Source: an uncultured Rickettsiales bacterium (lineage in GTDB: Bacteria > Pseudomonadota > Alphaproteobacteria > Rs-D84). From it: a DNA stretch of 64,000 bases. The notes under the pieces are model-generated. The model made no database searches and was not told where the DNA came from. It worked only from the letters and a program-made list of their open reading frames with translations. Below, piece after piece: positions 8,976 through 19,334 of the stretch (positions within the stretch are counted from its first letter, which is position 1; the number at the start of each line of letters is the position of its first letter). Where the stretch lies: contig URSG01000002.1 of assembly GCA_900550565.1 (NCBI GenBank), positions 5,123 to 69,122 of the forward strand, read 5' to 3'. The translations under genes and the position numbers were made by a program.

Positions 8976-10760
8976 CTATTTCATTTTTTTGATAATATCT
9001 GCTGCGATTGCATCTGCATCAAAGCCCATTTCGCGATAAACCACATCGCCCGGCCCAGACAAACCGAATCGGTCAACGCCAACAACCGCATCGGCAAATT
9101 CAAACCACGGCGCAGACGCCGCCGCCTCTATTGCGACAACGAATCCACGTAAAATCTTTTTCTTGTATTTATCGTCTTGGGCGCGGAATCCAGAAACAGA
9201 CGGGACACTGACCACCTGGACATCTGGGCCGATTATTTGCGCAACCGCCACCGCCAGTGGCACTTCGCTGCCAGTAGCCAAAATCGTCACACAAACGCGA
9301 CGCGTTGCCGCCGGGAAAATAACATACCCACCGCGTGAAATATCAGCATTTTCTGGGGTTGGAATTTGTTTTATTTTCTGACGCGATAAAATCAAACACG
9401 ACGGACAATTTGTATCAGACACCGCACTGCGCCAGGCGTATGCCACCTCGGCCCCGTTGCACGGGCGAAAAACATTTAAGTGCGGAATCAAACGCAACGA
9501 CGGCAACTGTTCAACTGGTTCGTGCGTTGGGCCATCTGGGCCGACACAAACGCTGTCGTGTGAAAAGACATAAATTACCGGCAACCCAGACATCGCCGCA
9601 ATACGAATCGCCGGCCGCAAATAATCACTGAACACCAAGAACGTAGAACCATACGGTCGCAACCCCACCGCCGCCATTCCGTTCATAATCGCACCCATCG
9701 CGTGTTCGCGCACACCATAGTTTATAAAATTACCGGTAAAATCATCTGGGGTAATATCGCGATGTGCGGCCGTCTTGGCATTTGTATTATGCGCCAAATC
9801 CGCACTGCCCCCAACCAACCGAACGCCGGCCGCAATCATAGACTGCAAATAAATCCCAGACAATTCACGTGTTGAAATATCTGTCTGGCAATCCAGTGTC
9901 GGCATATCAGCAACGCTGACATCGGGCTGATTCATAATATATTTTGCGCGCGCGTCGCGACCCACACCGGCCCACAGCAAATCGCCAGAAACAGACATAT
10001 ATTCAGAAATCAATTCTTGCAATTCATCATCAGACAACGCCAATCCGTGCGCCGCCGCCGTGCCGGCCACACTGGCCCCTGCGCCAATAACATCGCGACA
10101 CCGAATAAATGTTGGCGCATCAGACGATGTCGCCATATCCAACGCCGTGCACAGCGCGTTAAAATTATCCCCAGAAACCGCAGTTGTCCGCCACCCAGAC
10201 GCACGCATACGCGCCGACACATCAACATCAGTCAACGCCACGCCGTCAATCGTGATACCGTTATCGTCCCACAGTAAAACCAAATTATTTAACCTGTATC
10301 GGCCTGCGAACGCAATCGCCTCGGCTGCGACACCTTCGGATAAATCGCCGTCGCCACACAGACAATACACCATTTCGTCCGAGCCTTGGATTTTTGCCGC
10401 CAATGCCATACCGACTGCATTTCCAACGCCCTGGCCCAGTGGTCCTGTCGTCGCCATAACGCCATCAATTCCATATTCTGGGTGTCCAGGCAAACCGCCA
10501 ACTGTGCGAAATGTTTTCAAATCCCCGATGTCATATCCGGCCAACTTTAACGTGGCGTATAACATCGCACTGCCGTGGCCCGCAGACAGCACAAATTTAT
10601 CACGCCCAGGACGCAAAAAATTTGCATAAATTGTTGTGATAATATTCGCCGCGCCCAGGATAATTCCAACGTGTCCAGACCGTGCGCAACGCACCATATC
10701 CAACGCGTATGCGCGGACACTGCGTGACATTTCTGCTAATTGTTTGGCATCAAATCTCAT
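8976..10760 (-). CDS. tkt: Transketolase
   Basis: SGHVGIILGAA, GHPE...GPLGQG (ThDP binding), GDGDLSEG. A TGTGATATAAT copy on this strand (10779-10768) ends about 8 nt before the ATG, so the transcript may be leaderless. Confidence 0.9.
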   Translation of the reverse strand: MRFDAKQLAEMSRSVRAYALDMVRCARSGHVGIILGAANIITTIYANFLRPGRDKFVLSAGHGSAMLYATLKLAGYDIGDLKTFRTVGGLPGHPEYGIDGVMATTGPLGQGVGNAVGMALAAKIQGSDEMVYCLCGDGDLSEGVAAEAIAFAGRYRLNNLVLLWDDNGITIDGVALTDVDVSARMRASGWRTTAVSGDNFNALCTALDMATSSDAPTFIRCRDVIGAGASVAGTAAAHGLALSDDELQELISEYMSVSGDLLWAGVGRDARAKYIMNQPDVSVADMPTLDCQTDISTRELSGIYLQSMIAAGVRLVGGSADLAHNTNAKTAAHRDITPDDFTGNFINYGVREHAMGAIMNGMAAVGLRPYGSTFLVFSDYLRPAIRIAAMSGLPVIYVFSHDSVCVGPDGPTHEPVEQLPSLRLIPHLNVFRPCNGAEVAYAWRSAVSDTNCPSCLILSRQKIKQIPTPENADISRGGYVIFPAATRRVCVTILATGSEVPLAVAVAQIIGPDVQVVSVPSVSGFRAQDDKYKKKILRGFVVAIEAAASAPWFEFADAVVGVDRFGLSGPGDVVYREMGFDADAIAADIIKKMK

Positions 10761-10796
10761 TTTATGATATTATATCACAAAACAAGGTTAAATAAA

Positions 10797-11225
10797 ATGT
10801 TAAAAATTTGGACAGACGGCAGTTGCCTTGGCAACCCTGGCCCGGGCGGATGGGCATTTGTTGCGACCGACGGCAAAAACGTCGCAGAACGCAGTGGTGG
10901 CGAATCAAACACAACCAACAATCGTATGGAATTGACGGCGGTAATTCGCGCCCTGACTGCGGCACGCAGACACAGCGAAATTGAATTACACACCGACAGT
11001 CAATATGTAAAAAACGGTATGCAATCCTGGATAAAAAATTGGAAGAAAAATAATTGGCGCACCGCGGGTAAAAAACCGGTCAAAAATCAAGACCTGTGGA
11101 TACAACTGGACGAATTATCAAACACAATAAAGATTCATTGGCATTGGGTTCGCGGCCACAACGGAAATGAATTTAATGAACGCTGTGACGAACTGGCACG
11201 CACCGCCGCAGAACGCCTGAAATAA
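10797..11225 (+). CDS. rnhA: Ribonuclease HI
   Basis: MLKIWTDGSCLGNPGPGGWAF...TNNRMEL...HTDSQYV...HWHWVRGHNGNEFNERCDELAR aligns closely with E. coli RnhA. An AAGG Shine-Dalgarno lies 9 nt upstream. The track's longer start would overlap tkt. Confidence 0.9.
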   Translation: MLKIWTDGSCLGNPGPGGWAFVATDGKNVAERSGGESNTTNNRMELTAVIRALTAARRHSEIELHTDSQYVKNGMQSWIKNWKKNNWRTAGKKPVKNQDLWIQLDELSNTIKIHWHWVRGHNGNEFNERCDELARTAAERLK

Positions 11226-11227
11226 AC

Positions 11228-11248
11228 AACCGTCCAAATTGGGCGGTT
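11228..11248. terminator. Bidirectional terminator between rnhA and rlmE (convergent genes)
   Basis: AACCGTCC-AAATT-GGGCGGTT hairpin flanked by A- and T-runs. Confidence 0.6.
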
Positions 11249-11253
11249 ATCTT

Positions 11254-11913
11254 TTATCCACGAAATCCCATTGCAACAATGAACATTTCCACACTGTCCT
11301 TGCGCGAGGCAGGCGGTTTTATATGATGCACGATTTCAAACTTCGTCTTTATCTGTTTTATCAGTTCCCCTGTTGTGCCACCAGTGAACGATTTTACAAC
11401 CATCGTGCCACCTGGCTTTAATGCGCGCTGTGCGAAATCAAACGCGTATTCCAGCAACACCATTTGGCGCAAATGGTCCGTCTTTTTATGGCCGACTGTA
11501 TTTGGTGCCATATCAGACAAGACGACATCAACCGTGCCATTTTGCGTTGCGTCCACGGGCAGATTTAATTTCTGGACCAACCAATCCAGCGCAGCGTCCG
11601 TTGTAAAATCACCTTGGTAAAATTCCACACCTGGAATCGGCGTTATTTCCAACAAATCCATTGCAAACACGCGCGACCGCGGATATTGACGCGTGACATA
11701 CTGCGTCCACGAACCCGGTGCCGCGCCCAGGTCAACTACAACCTGGCCATTTTTCAAGAAATGAAATCTTTCGTCCATTTCTATCAATTTATATGCCGCG
11801 CGTGCGCGATACCCATCGCGATGTGCGCGCGCGACATACGGGTCCGTCGCCTGGCGTTGCAACCACGCGACCGATGATTTTCGTGCAGCAATTTTTTTAT
11901 TTAATATTTTCAT
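11254..11913 (-). CDS. rlmE: 23S rRNA (U2552) 2'-O-methyltransferase RlmE/FtsJ
   Basis: AAYKL...VVDLGAAPGSW...DVVLSDMAPN...K (FtsJ K-D-K-E fold). Confidence 0.9.
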   Translation of the reverse strand: MKILNKKIAARKSSVAWLQRQATDPYVARAHRDGYRARAAYKLIEMDERFHFLKNGQVVVDLGAAPGSWTQYVTRQYPRSRVFAMDLLEITPIPGVEFYQGDFTTDAALDWLVQKLNLPVDATQNGTVDVVLSDMAPNTVGHKKTDHLRQMVLLEYAFDFAQRALKPGGTMVVKSFTGGTTGELIKQIKTKFEIVHHIKPPASRKDSVEMFIVAMGFRG

Positions 11914-11934
11914 ATCACTGTAATTTCACAGACC

Positions 11935-12435
11935 CTAGTTGCCCTGCTTTTTCATACGTTCCATAATGGCTTCCATACCACCCATACGTTGCACCATTGC
12001 CATTTGCTGGCGCATTTTGCTGTATTGTTTGATGATATGTTCCACATCGCGCACCGTACAGCCGGCTGTTTCGGCGATACGTGCCTTGGCATTGGCAAAT
12101 ACTTTTTCTGGTTCTGCACGTTCCGCAGGTGTCATCGCTTCTAATATTTTAATTTGTGCATCAACACTGCCGTCTTTGATTTTTTCCTTCATCGCAGACA
12201 CCGCGCCAGACATTCCCGGCACCATTTTCAACAGACCGCTAAAATTGCTCATTTTTTTAATCTGTTTTAATTGGGCCAACATATCGTTCATATCAAACTG
12301 GCCCGACATCATACGTTGGGCAGTTTCCTTCATACCAGACGGCATTTTTTCTTCCATCTGTTTTAATTCTTTCTCGCTCAGTGTTGCGTCATCTGTTTTG
12401 ACCGTTTCTTGTTTCTTTTTGCCAAAGCCGAACAT
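11935..12435 (-). CDS. ffh: Signal-recognition-particle protein Ffh, M-domain only (NG GTPase domain absent; fragment or pseudogene)
   Basis: 166 aa; FDMNDMLAQLKQIKKMSNFSGLLKMVPGMSG...MTPAERAEPEKV...RIAETAGCTVRDVEHIIKQYSKMRQQMAMVQRMGG aligns with the E. coli Ffh C-terminal M domain. Only 28 nt separate it from the uvrA stop, so no NG domain can sit upstream. Confidence 0.6.
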   Translation of the reverse strand: MFGFGKKKQETVKTDDATLSEKELKQMEEKMPSGMKETAQRMMSGQFDMNDMLAQLKQIKKMSNFSGLLKMVPGMSGAVSAMKEKIKDGSVDAQIKILEAMTPAERAEPEKVFANAKARIAETAGCTVRDVEHIIKQYSKMRQQMAMVQRMGGMEAIMERMKKQGN

Positions 12436-12463
12436 TTTTCACTCCTTATGTTTTATTTATATA

Positions 12464-15322
12464 TTATTTGCCAATTTGCGATTTGTCCAGATACCGACGC
12501 AAATATTTTCCTGTCACAGATTCTGGGACGGCGGCAACCTGCTCTGGCGTGCCAGTGGCAATCACGCGTCCGCCATCTGCGCCCCCAGTTGGCCCCAGGT
12601 CAATTACCCAATCTGCCGTTTTTATCACGTCCAGATTGTGTTCTATTACGATAACAGTGTTTCCTGCGTCAACCAATTCGTGCAACACAGACAGCAACAT
12701 TTTTATATCTTCAAAATGCAAACCCGTTGTTGGTTCATCCAGAATATAAATCGTTTGCCCCGTGCTGCGTGAAGCCAATTCTTTGGACAATTTGATACGT
12801 TGCGCCTCGCCCCCGGACAGGTCAAGCGAACTCTGCCCCAGTTTGATGTAATCCAGTCCTACGCGTTTTAACAATTCCAGTTTGCGCGAAATCTGTGGGA
12901 CATTGATGAACAGATGATACGCTTCGTCCACGGTCATATTCAGCACATCTGCGATTGATTTGCCCTTGTATTTAACGGCCAATGTTTCTTCGTTATAGCG
13001 CGCGCCGTGACATTTATCGCATTCCACATACACATCGGCCAAGAAATTCATTTCAATTTTTATCTGGCCATCACCCTGACACGCCTCGCAGCGGCCACCT
13101 TTGACATTGAACGAAAAACGCCCAGACGTGTATCCACGGGCCTTGGCCTCGGGCAGACCGGCAAAGAAATCACGAATATTTGAAAACACACCTGTATATG
13201 TTGCCGGATTACTGCGCGGACTGCGTCCGATTGGCGACTGGTCAATATCAACGACCTTGTCCACATTTTCCATACCACGAATAATATCGTGCGGACACAT
13301 TTCAATCTTGGAATTATACAACGCGCGCATCAGTGCCGGATATAAAGTATCCAACAACAACGTAGATTTCCCAGACCCAGACACGCCCGTCAACGCGATA
13401 AATTTACCCAACGGGAATTCAACATCAATGTTTTTCAGATTATTTCCACGCGCCCCCGTAATAGTGATTGACCGCCCATTACCACTGCGCCGTTTTTTTG
13501 GCACATCAATCCGACGTTTGCCCGTCAAATATTGCGCCGTCAATGAATCCTTGGATTTCATCACCTGTTGCGGCGTCCCGGCGGCAACAACATTACCACC
13601 ATTTACACCTGCGCCACGTCCAATATCAATCAGATAATCTGCGGCACGCATTGCGTCTTCGTCGTGTTCAACAACGATGACCGTGTTATCTTTGTCACGC
13701 AACATTTTCAGCGTGTCCAGTAATTTATCATTATCGCTTTGGTGCAAACCGATTGACGGTTCGTCCAAAACATACAACACCCCAGACAGCCCACTGCCAA
13801 TTTGCGACGCCAGACGAATACGTTGCGCCTCGCCCCCGGACAGAGTCCCAGCCATACGCGACAACGTCAAATACCCCAGACCGACGTTCTGTAAAAATTG
13901 CAACCGCGACGTGATTTCACGCAAAATTACACGTGCAATATCGTTTTCTTTTTGGGTCAGATGATTAGGCAAATCGGTGAACCATTTCAGCGATTCGTCC
14001 ACCGCCAAATCACACGCGTCCATAATATCAAAACCATTGATTTTGACACACAACGCCTGGATATTCAGACGTTTGCCGTGACACATCGGACACGGTTTTT
14101 CAGACTGGTATTTCGCCAGTTCTGCCTTCATCGCATCAGATTCCGATTCGCGCCAACGACGTTCAATATTTGGGATTACACCCTCGTACGGTTTTTCATA
14201 CACAAAACCGTTCCAGTTTATCTTTATCGGGTCATCGCCACTGCCATACAGGATTAAATTCTTTTGTTCCGCCGTCAGGGTGTGCCACGGTTTGGACAAC
14301 GGGATTTTATATTTTTTATGCAACGCGTCCAACAGATGTTCAAACTGGCTTAACATTCCGCCACGCGACCACGGCGCAATCGCCCCGTTTAAAATTGACT
14401 TTGACGGGTCTGGCACCACCAGGTCTGGGGACATATTTAATTGAACCCCCAATCCGTCGCACGCCGGACACGCACCCAATGGCGCATTAAACGAAAACAG
14501 ACGTGGTTCTATTTTTGGCACGGTAAAACCACTGACCGGGCACGCATAGTTTTGCGAATACAGCGTATCTTCGTTCGTATCCAAACGGCGCACCAACACC
14601 GAACCCGGCACCAAACGCAACGCCCCCTCAAACGACGCATACATACGACTGCGAAATTCGTCTGTGGCGTCATTATCAGCCCCAGACGCCGGCATCGCCA
14701 GGCGGTCAACAATCACAAAGATATTATGTTTTTTATTTTTATCCAACGCCGGAACAGACGCCAAATCATACAATTCGCCATCAATTATCGCGCGCTGGTA
14801 TCCCTGTTTTATCAAGAACGCAATTTCTTTTTTATATTCGCCTTTGCGTTCACGCACCAGTGGTGCCAGAATATAAATTCGCGTCCCAGCCGGAATTTTC
14901 ATTGTCCAATCAACCATTTCGGCAATCGTCTGGGATTTAATCGGCAATCCCGTCACCGGGGAATGCGGCACCCCAATACGCGCCCACAACAAACGCAGAT
15001 AATCATAAATTTCGGTCACCGTTCCGACCGTTGAGCGCGGATTTTTTGATGTCGTTTTTTGTTCAATAGAAATCGCCGGGGCCAGCCCTTCTATCAAATC
15101 AACATCGGGCTTTTTCTGCATATCCAAGAACTGGCGCGCATACGACGACAGCGATTCAACATAACGGCGTTGTCCTTCGGCATAAATTGTATTAAACGCC
15201 AGTGACGATTTTCCAGACCCGGACACGCCAGTCAAGACCACCAATTTGTTTTTTGGTATGTCTAAATCAATATTTTTAAGATTGTTTTCGCGTGCGCCGC
15301 GAATTTTAATTATTCCACTCAT
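12464..15322 (-). CDS. uvrA: Excinuclease ABC subunit A
   Basis: 952 aa; two ABC modules ([12 protein letters not shown] and [12 protein letters not shown]), zinc fingers, LSGGEAQR signatures. Confidence 0.95.
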   Translation of the reverse strand: MSGIIKIRGARENNLKNIDLDIPKNKLVVLTGVSGSGKSSLAFNTIYAEGQRRYVESLSSYARQFLDMQKKPDVDLIEGLAPAISIEQKTTSKNPRSTVGTVTEIYDYLRLLWARIGVPHSPVTGLPIKSQTIAEMVDWTMKIPAGTRIYILAPLVRERKGEYKKEIAFLIKQGYQRAIIDGELYDLASVPALDKNKKHNIFVIVDRLAMPASGADNDATDEFRSRMYASFEGALRLVPGSVLVRRLDTNEDTLYSQNYACPVSGFTVPKIEPRLFSFNAPLGACPACDGLGVQLNMSPDLVVPDPSKSILNGAIAPWSRGGMLSQFEHLLDALHKKYKIPLSKPWHTLTAEQKNLILYGSGDDPIKINWNGFVYEKPYEGVIPNIERRWRESESDAMKAELAKYQSEKPCPMCHGKRLNIQALCVKINGFDIMDACDLAVDESLKWFTDLPNHLTQKENDIARVILREITSRLQFLQNVGLGYLTLSRMAGTLSGGEAQRIRLASQIGSGLSGVLYVLDEPSIGLHQSDNDKLLDTLKMLRDKDNTVIVVEHDEDAMRAADYLIDIGRGAGVNGGNVVAAGTPQQVMKSKDSLTAQYLTGKRRIDVPKKRRSGNGRSITITGARGNNLKNIDVEFPLGKFIALTGVSGSGKSTLLLDTLYPALMRALYNSKIEMCPHDIIRGMENVDKVVDIDQSPIGRSPRSNPATYTGVFSNIRDFFAGLPEAKARGYTSGRFSFNVKGGRCEACQGDGQIKIEMNFLADVYVECDKCHGARYNEETLAVKYKGKSIADVLNMTVDEAYHLFINVPQISRKLELLKRVGLDYIKLGQSSLDLSGGEAQRIKLSKELASRSTGQTIYILDEPTTGLHFEDIKMLLSVLHELVDAGNTVIVIEHNLDVIKTADWVIDLGPTGGADGGRVIATGTPEQVAAVPESVTGKYLRRYLDKSQIGK

Positions 15323-15394
15323 AAATTCTAATATAGAAAAAATATTAAAAATTGCAATAGAAAGGGCGAAATTTCTTTCGCCCTGAACATAACA

Positions 15395-16246
15395 TTATTC
15401 CTCGCTGGGAACATTTGGCATCAGTTTTTCTGGACTTAAATCAATCCCAGATTTACGCACGTGTGCCGCGCCAACCTTTGGTGCCAACTTTCCGTTCACC
15501 CAAACATCTACGCCACCGGCATTACCAAATATCGCCTTGGTATTTGTGCCAGACGGAACATAAAACACGTCGCCCGGAACCAACACGCGACTGAATACCG
15601 TGTTTCCACGTTCATCTTCTACTTTGACCCAGGATTCATCAATGGCCTGTAAAATAACATTGGCATTGTTACGATTGTCCACGCCAAAGCGTTCACGAAC
15701 CGCAATCGTATAGGCCGGTTCAGCAACCGTTGCAACGACTGGCGCTTCGTCTGATACAACCTTGTCATCGGATTTAATGCCACTGATAATTGCGATTGTC
15801 GCAACCAGCAAAATAATCGCCACCACCGCGCCGGCGAACCATATCCAATGCGCACGAATAAATTGCGCGACATTACGCAACACCGTTTTAAATGACGCCC
15901 CCGACACAGGCACATCGCACGTTGTCGCCTCGTCCCCAGGTTCGTCCTTGTCAGAATGAACCTGGCATTCATCGCCCAGGCCCATTTCGCGTTTTAACTT
16001 TGTCACGATTTCATCTGGATTCAGTCCCAATTCCATCGCGTAATTACGCGCAAAGCCCAAAACATATACCGGTTCTGGCAACGCGCCATAGTCGCCATCT
16101 TCCAGTGCCTGCAAGAATTCTTCGCGAATACACAACAATTTAGAAATTGTTTGAATTTCACGCTTGCGACGACCAGTTGTTCGTGCATTACGCAAAATTT
16201 CGCCAACTGTTATTTCAATCTGTGTTTCTGTATTATTATCGTTCAT
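15395..16246 (-). CDS. RodZ-like cytoskeleton protein (XRE-type HTH, TM segment, DUF4115-like C-terminus)
   Basis: N-terminal HTH (VGEILRNARTT...), one TM helix (WIWFAGAVVAIILLVATIAIISGI), periplasmic beta-rich C-terminus. Confidence 0.6.
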   Translation of the reverse strand: MNDNNTETQIEITVGEILRNARTTGRRKREIQTISKLLCIREEFLQALEDGDYGALPEPVYVLGFARNYAMELGLNPDEIVTKLKREMGLGDECQVHSDKDEPGDEATTCDVPVSGASFKTVLRNVAQFIRAHWIWFAGAVVAIILLVATIAIISGIKSDDKVVSDEAPVVATVAEPAYTIAVRERFGVDNRNNANVILQAIDESWVKVEDERGNTVFSRVLVPGDVFYVPSGTNTKAIFGNAGGVDVWVNGKLAPKVGAAHVRKSGIDLSPEKLMPNVPSEE

Positions 16247-16275
16247 ATTTCTTTATCCCTTGTTGCACCTTGCTA

Positions 16276-17208
16276 TCATAAACCTATATTTTGCGACCCG
16301 CAACCCCAAAATTCACGAATTGCGTCACGCAACGCGTCCGCATCTGTGATTTGATTGACGCGAATACGAAATTCAGACGAATTTGGCAACCCCGACGAAT
16401 ACCACGCCGCGTGCTTGCGAAACATCGGAACTGCGACCGACGCACCATAATATTCAATCGCATATTGCAAATGTTTCAGCACTATCTCGCCCACATTTTT
16501 TGGCGCGCAATCGTGTCCTGCGATTTGCCCCAGGACCCACGGCCGTCCCAATATTGCGCGTCCAACCATTACCCCCGCATAGCCCAGTTTTTCCATATTC
16601 TGGGCATCTTGGGCGGTGGCAATATCACCGTTTGCAATAATCGGAATTGGGGCGTCTGACACGTCTGGGTGTACCGCCGGCCCAACATATAACTGGGCGC
16701 GTGTTCGTCCGTGCAGGGTTGCAAAACGCACGCCAGAATCCGCAGCAATTTGCACCAGTTCACGCCAGTCACGATGTGCGTCGTCCCACCCCAGGCGTGT
16801 TTTAATTGACACCGGAATATCCACCGCACGCACCACCGCCGACATTATTTTCCCGGCTAACGTATGATCGCGCATTAAAAACGCCCCGGCACCGGCACGC
16901 GTTGCGACCTTTGGCACAGGACAGCCCATATTTATATCAATCCACCGTGCGCCATTATCCTGTAATATACGCGCCGCGTCCGCCATCAGTGACACACCTG
17001 CGCCGAAAATCTGGGCGCCGACGTGTCCCTCGTCCATATAAGAATCAAAATTACGCAGACAGTTTTTATGCGCCCCAACCAACGAATGACACGAAATCAT
17101 TTCTGTCACCAATGGCGCATCTGGCGCGAACGCGCGCAAGACCCGACGAAACGGTTTGTCGGTAATTCCAGCCAATGGCGCAGCAAAAATTTGATTATCA
17201 CTAAACAT
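16276..17208 (-). CDS. dusB: tRNA-dihydrouridine synthase
   Basis: From the internal Met MFSDNQIFAAPLAGITDKPFRRV...DINMGCP...TLHGRTR (Dus family). The track's N-terminal extension lacks similarity, and a TATAAT sits just upstream of 17208. Confidence 0.8.
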   Translation of the reverse strand: MFSDNQIFAAPLAGITDKPFRRVLRAFAPDAPLVTEMISCHSLVGAHKNCLRNFDSYMDEGHVGAQIFGAGVSLMADAARILQDNGARWIDINMGCPVPKVATRAGAGAFLMRDHTLAGKIMSAVVRAVDIPVSIKTRLGWDDAHRDWRELVQIAADSGVRFATLHGRTRAQLYVGPAVHPDVSDAPIPIIANGDIATAQDAQNMEKLGYAGVMVGRAILGRPWVLGQIAGHDCAPKNVGEIVLKHLQYAIEYYGASVAVPMFRKHAAWYSSGLPNSSEFRIRVNQITDADALRDAIREFWGCGSQNIGL

Positions 17209-17220
17209 TTGTGATATAAT
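17209..17220 (+). promoter_or_regulatory. Extended -10 promoter module TTGTGATATAAT (one of four copies in the window)
   Basis: TGnTATAAT consensus with an extra upstream TG. Other copies are at 4504-4514 (+), 27387-27398 (+), and 10768-10779 (read on the - strand). Confidence 0.5.
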
Positions 17221-17554
17221 GACATCTATGAAGGAAAAAATCAAAAATTTATTTAGTTTTCTTGGGCGCGCCTGGGGTGCCAGTTGGCGTGGCAAGGCCG
17301 GGATTCTGGCGACTGCGTTCGCGCTGTTTATGTTTGTGCGCATTTTCTGGGGTGCGGTCAATGTCCAAAATTTCGTTATAAACATCTGGCGATTGAACAA
17401 TGAACAAACACAACTGGCCACGGAACAGGCAAAACTGGACGCACTGAACCGTCATATTGACCTGTTGCAATCTTACAGTCCCGACTACGTAGAAGAACTG
17501 GGGTTAAAATACCTGAATATCGGCGACGCACAATTCAAGATTTTAAAGATATAA
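17219..17554 (+). CDS. ftsB: Cell division protein FtsB/DivIC-family septum formation initiator
   Basis: Single TM (AGILATAFALFMFVRIFWGAV) then a coiled coil (LNNEQTQLATEQAKLDALNRHIDLLQ). The start may be the Met at 17228 if the transcript is leaderless. Confidence 0.65.
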   Translation: MTSMKEKIKNLFSFLGRAWGASWRGKAGILATAFALFMFVRIFWGAVNVQNFVINIWRLNNEQTQLATEQAKLDALNRHIDLLQSYSPDYVEELGLKYLNIGDAQFKILKI

Positions 17555-17557
17555 AAA

Positions 17558-17586
17558 ATCCCCGTTTTACGGGGATAGTTTTTTAA
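17558..17586. terminator. Intrinsic terminator after ftsB, shared with convergent tspO
   Basis: ATCCCCG-TTTTA-CGGGGAT hairpin then a T-run. Confidence 0.7.
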
Positions 17587-18056
17587 TTCAACCATACAAT
17601 TATTATGTTCAAATACATCGCAAAAATCAGCCATAAGATATACGGCCAAACCAAATACCCGGCCCAGCGATTAAACGACCGAAATTCGCGCATCATATAC
17701 CCAGAAACGATAACCAACACAACCAGCGCAATCAGTGCTGCGCGCGTCATATGCAAACCAAAAAAGAAATATGACCACAATGCGTTTAACACCATCTGGG
17801 TCAAGAACAGTGAATACGCCGGTGCTTTGGACTGACGCGCCTTGGCATTACGCACAACCAGGAATAACGCCACCCCCAGCAACGCATACAGCAACGGCCA
17901 CACCATGGAAAACACCCAGCCGTCTGGGGTCAGCGCAGATTTATTCAGCGCGTTATACCATAAATCAGATGCACCATTTGGCGAAAACAAAACGCCGACT
18001 ATGCCTGGGACAAACGACAACACCATAGTCAGAATAAATTCCAAGACGACTTTCAT
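17583..18056 (-). CDS. tspO: TspO/MBR tryptophan-rich sensory protein
   Basis: Five TM segments with W/Y-rich motifs (WYNALNKSALTPDGWVFSMVWPLLY...LNALWSYFFFG...WPYILW). Start is taken at MKVVLEF. Confidence 0.8.
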   Translation of the reverse strand: MKVVLEFILTMVLSFVPGIVGVLFSPNGASDLWYNALNKSALTPDGWVFSMVWPLLYALLGVALFLVVRNAKARQSKAPAYSLFLTQMVLNALWSYFFFGLHMTRAALIALVVLVIVSGYMMREFRSFNRWAGYLVWPYILWLIFAMYLNIIIVWLN

Positions 18057-18166
18057 ATTATCTCTCCTTTCTTGAACTTTGGGCGATAGAATTATACGAC
18101 AACGCCCCACAACGACACCACAGGAACGATTTCACAAAAAAAACACCGCCAAAATGGCGGTTTATT

Positions 18167-19092
18167 TTATCGCATAATGCGTTCACGAATATTTATCATC
18201 AAACGAACAATCGGCTTCATAAATTCAGGCACGTGCCAGAAATACATCAACACCAATCCAACATTACGACGCACCGCGTGTGGCTTTAACGGAATCAGCG
18301 TATCGCCAACATACCAACGTTTTGCCCACAAGAATTCAATCAACGCTAATTCGCGAATACGGCGACGATCGGGGCGCAATCCTGTTCGCGCCTGATACTC
18401 GCGCAAGACCTGTTTATACAGCCGTGCATTACGCGACAGCGAAAACAGAACCAGATCGCGCCAACGTTCATATATCCCACAGTTGCCAAAATCAAACACA
18501 CCCTTTAACCGGCCATCGGGATACACAACAGAATTTGCCCCCTTTAATCCCATATGCACCGGCACCATATCAGATTTGGCAACAGGGGCATTTACGACAC
18601 CTTCGTAAAACTGGCGAAAACGTTTTAATTGACGCGCAGACATATACGGGCGCAGATATTTTTCCACCAAATCAAATTTGATATACGGCATAGTATTACG
18701 AACATCTGGAACGATGCGCGCCAACGCATCAACGTCGGCCGAATGTAATTCTGCCAAAAATCCAGCCGCCGTTTTTGCCAGGTTTCGTTGACGACGCGGT
18801 GAAAATTGAAACGTATGCCACGACCAACGTTCCCCCGTCAGCATTTCGTGTACAGCATACTGGAATCCATCACGCTGGACGATTTTAATATCAGGAATTT
18901 GAACAGTTATATATTTGCGCAAGAAATTGCAAACATCCGCCTCGCGCGTGTAGATTGAAATGCCCTTGGTGGTGAACCGAAACACACGCGTTCCCACACG
19001 AAACGCCGCAGAATCACTGCCATGCCCCAGGTATTTGATTTTTTGTCCTGGGTAATTTTTTTCTAAAAACGCGGTGACTTCTTCCAGTGTCA
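18167..19092 (-). CDS. APH/protein-kinase-like fold phosphotransferase with an atypical catalytic loop
   Basis: VHMGLKGAN (HxDxxxxN-like but D to G) and VFDFGNCG (DFG-like). Start is taken at MTLEEV; the longer track start abuts the tRNA. Confidence 0.65.
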
Positions 19093-19162
19093 TAACATTT
19101 TCCCATTTGACATAAATAAAAATTGGCGCGACCTGTAAATTCCCGTGGCTGCGCATTTATCT

Positions 19163-19239
19163 TGGCGCGCCCTGCAGGATTCGAACCTGCGACCTGCGGA
19201 TTAGAAATCCGATGCTCTATCCAGCTGGGCTAAGGGCGC
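19163..19239 (-). tRNA. tRNA-Arg (anticodon TCT)
   Basis: Reverse complement GCGCCCTTAGCCCAGCTGGATAGAGC A TCGGA TTTCTAA TCCGC AGGTC GCAGGTTCGAATCCTGC AGGGCGC G CCA. Acceptor and T arm are identical to E. coli argU; U33-UCU-A37; one T:C mismatch at 27:43. Confidence 0.9.
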
Positions 19240-19299
19240 ACAGCCCCTATTCTATACTATATTTCGGCAAATTTCAAGTTTTGCATAAACCATAAAAAA

Positions 19300-19319
19300 C
19301 ACCGTCCAAACGGGCGGTG
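19300..19319 (-). terminator. Intrinsic terminator (CACCGTCC-AAAC-GGGCGGTG) downstream of the small TM gene
   Basis: GC hairpin with an AAAC tetraloop; the T-run lies on the - strand RNA. Confidence 0.7.
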
Positions 19320-19334
19320 ATTTTATACAAAAAT

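Noticed and set aside
12409-12772. Plus-strand ORFs across the ffh-uvrA junction (81, 93 and 277 aa)
   Set aside because: Antisense to ffh-M and uvrA; no independent support.
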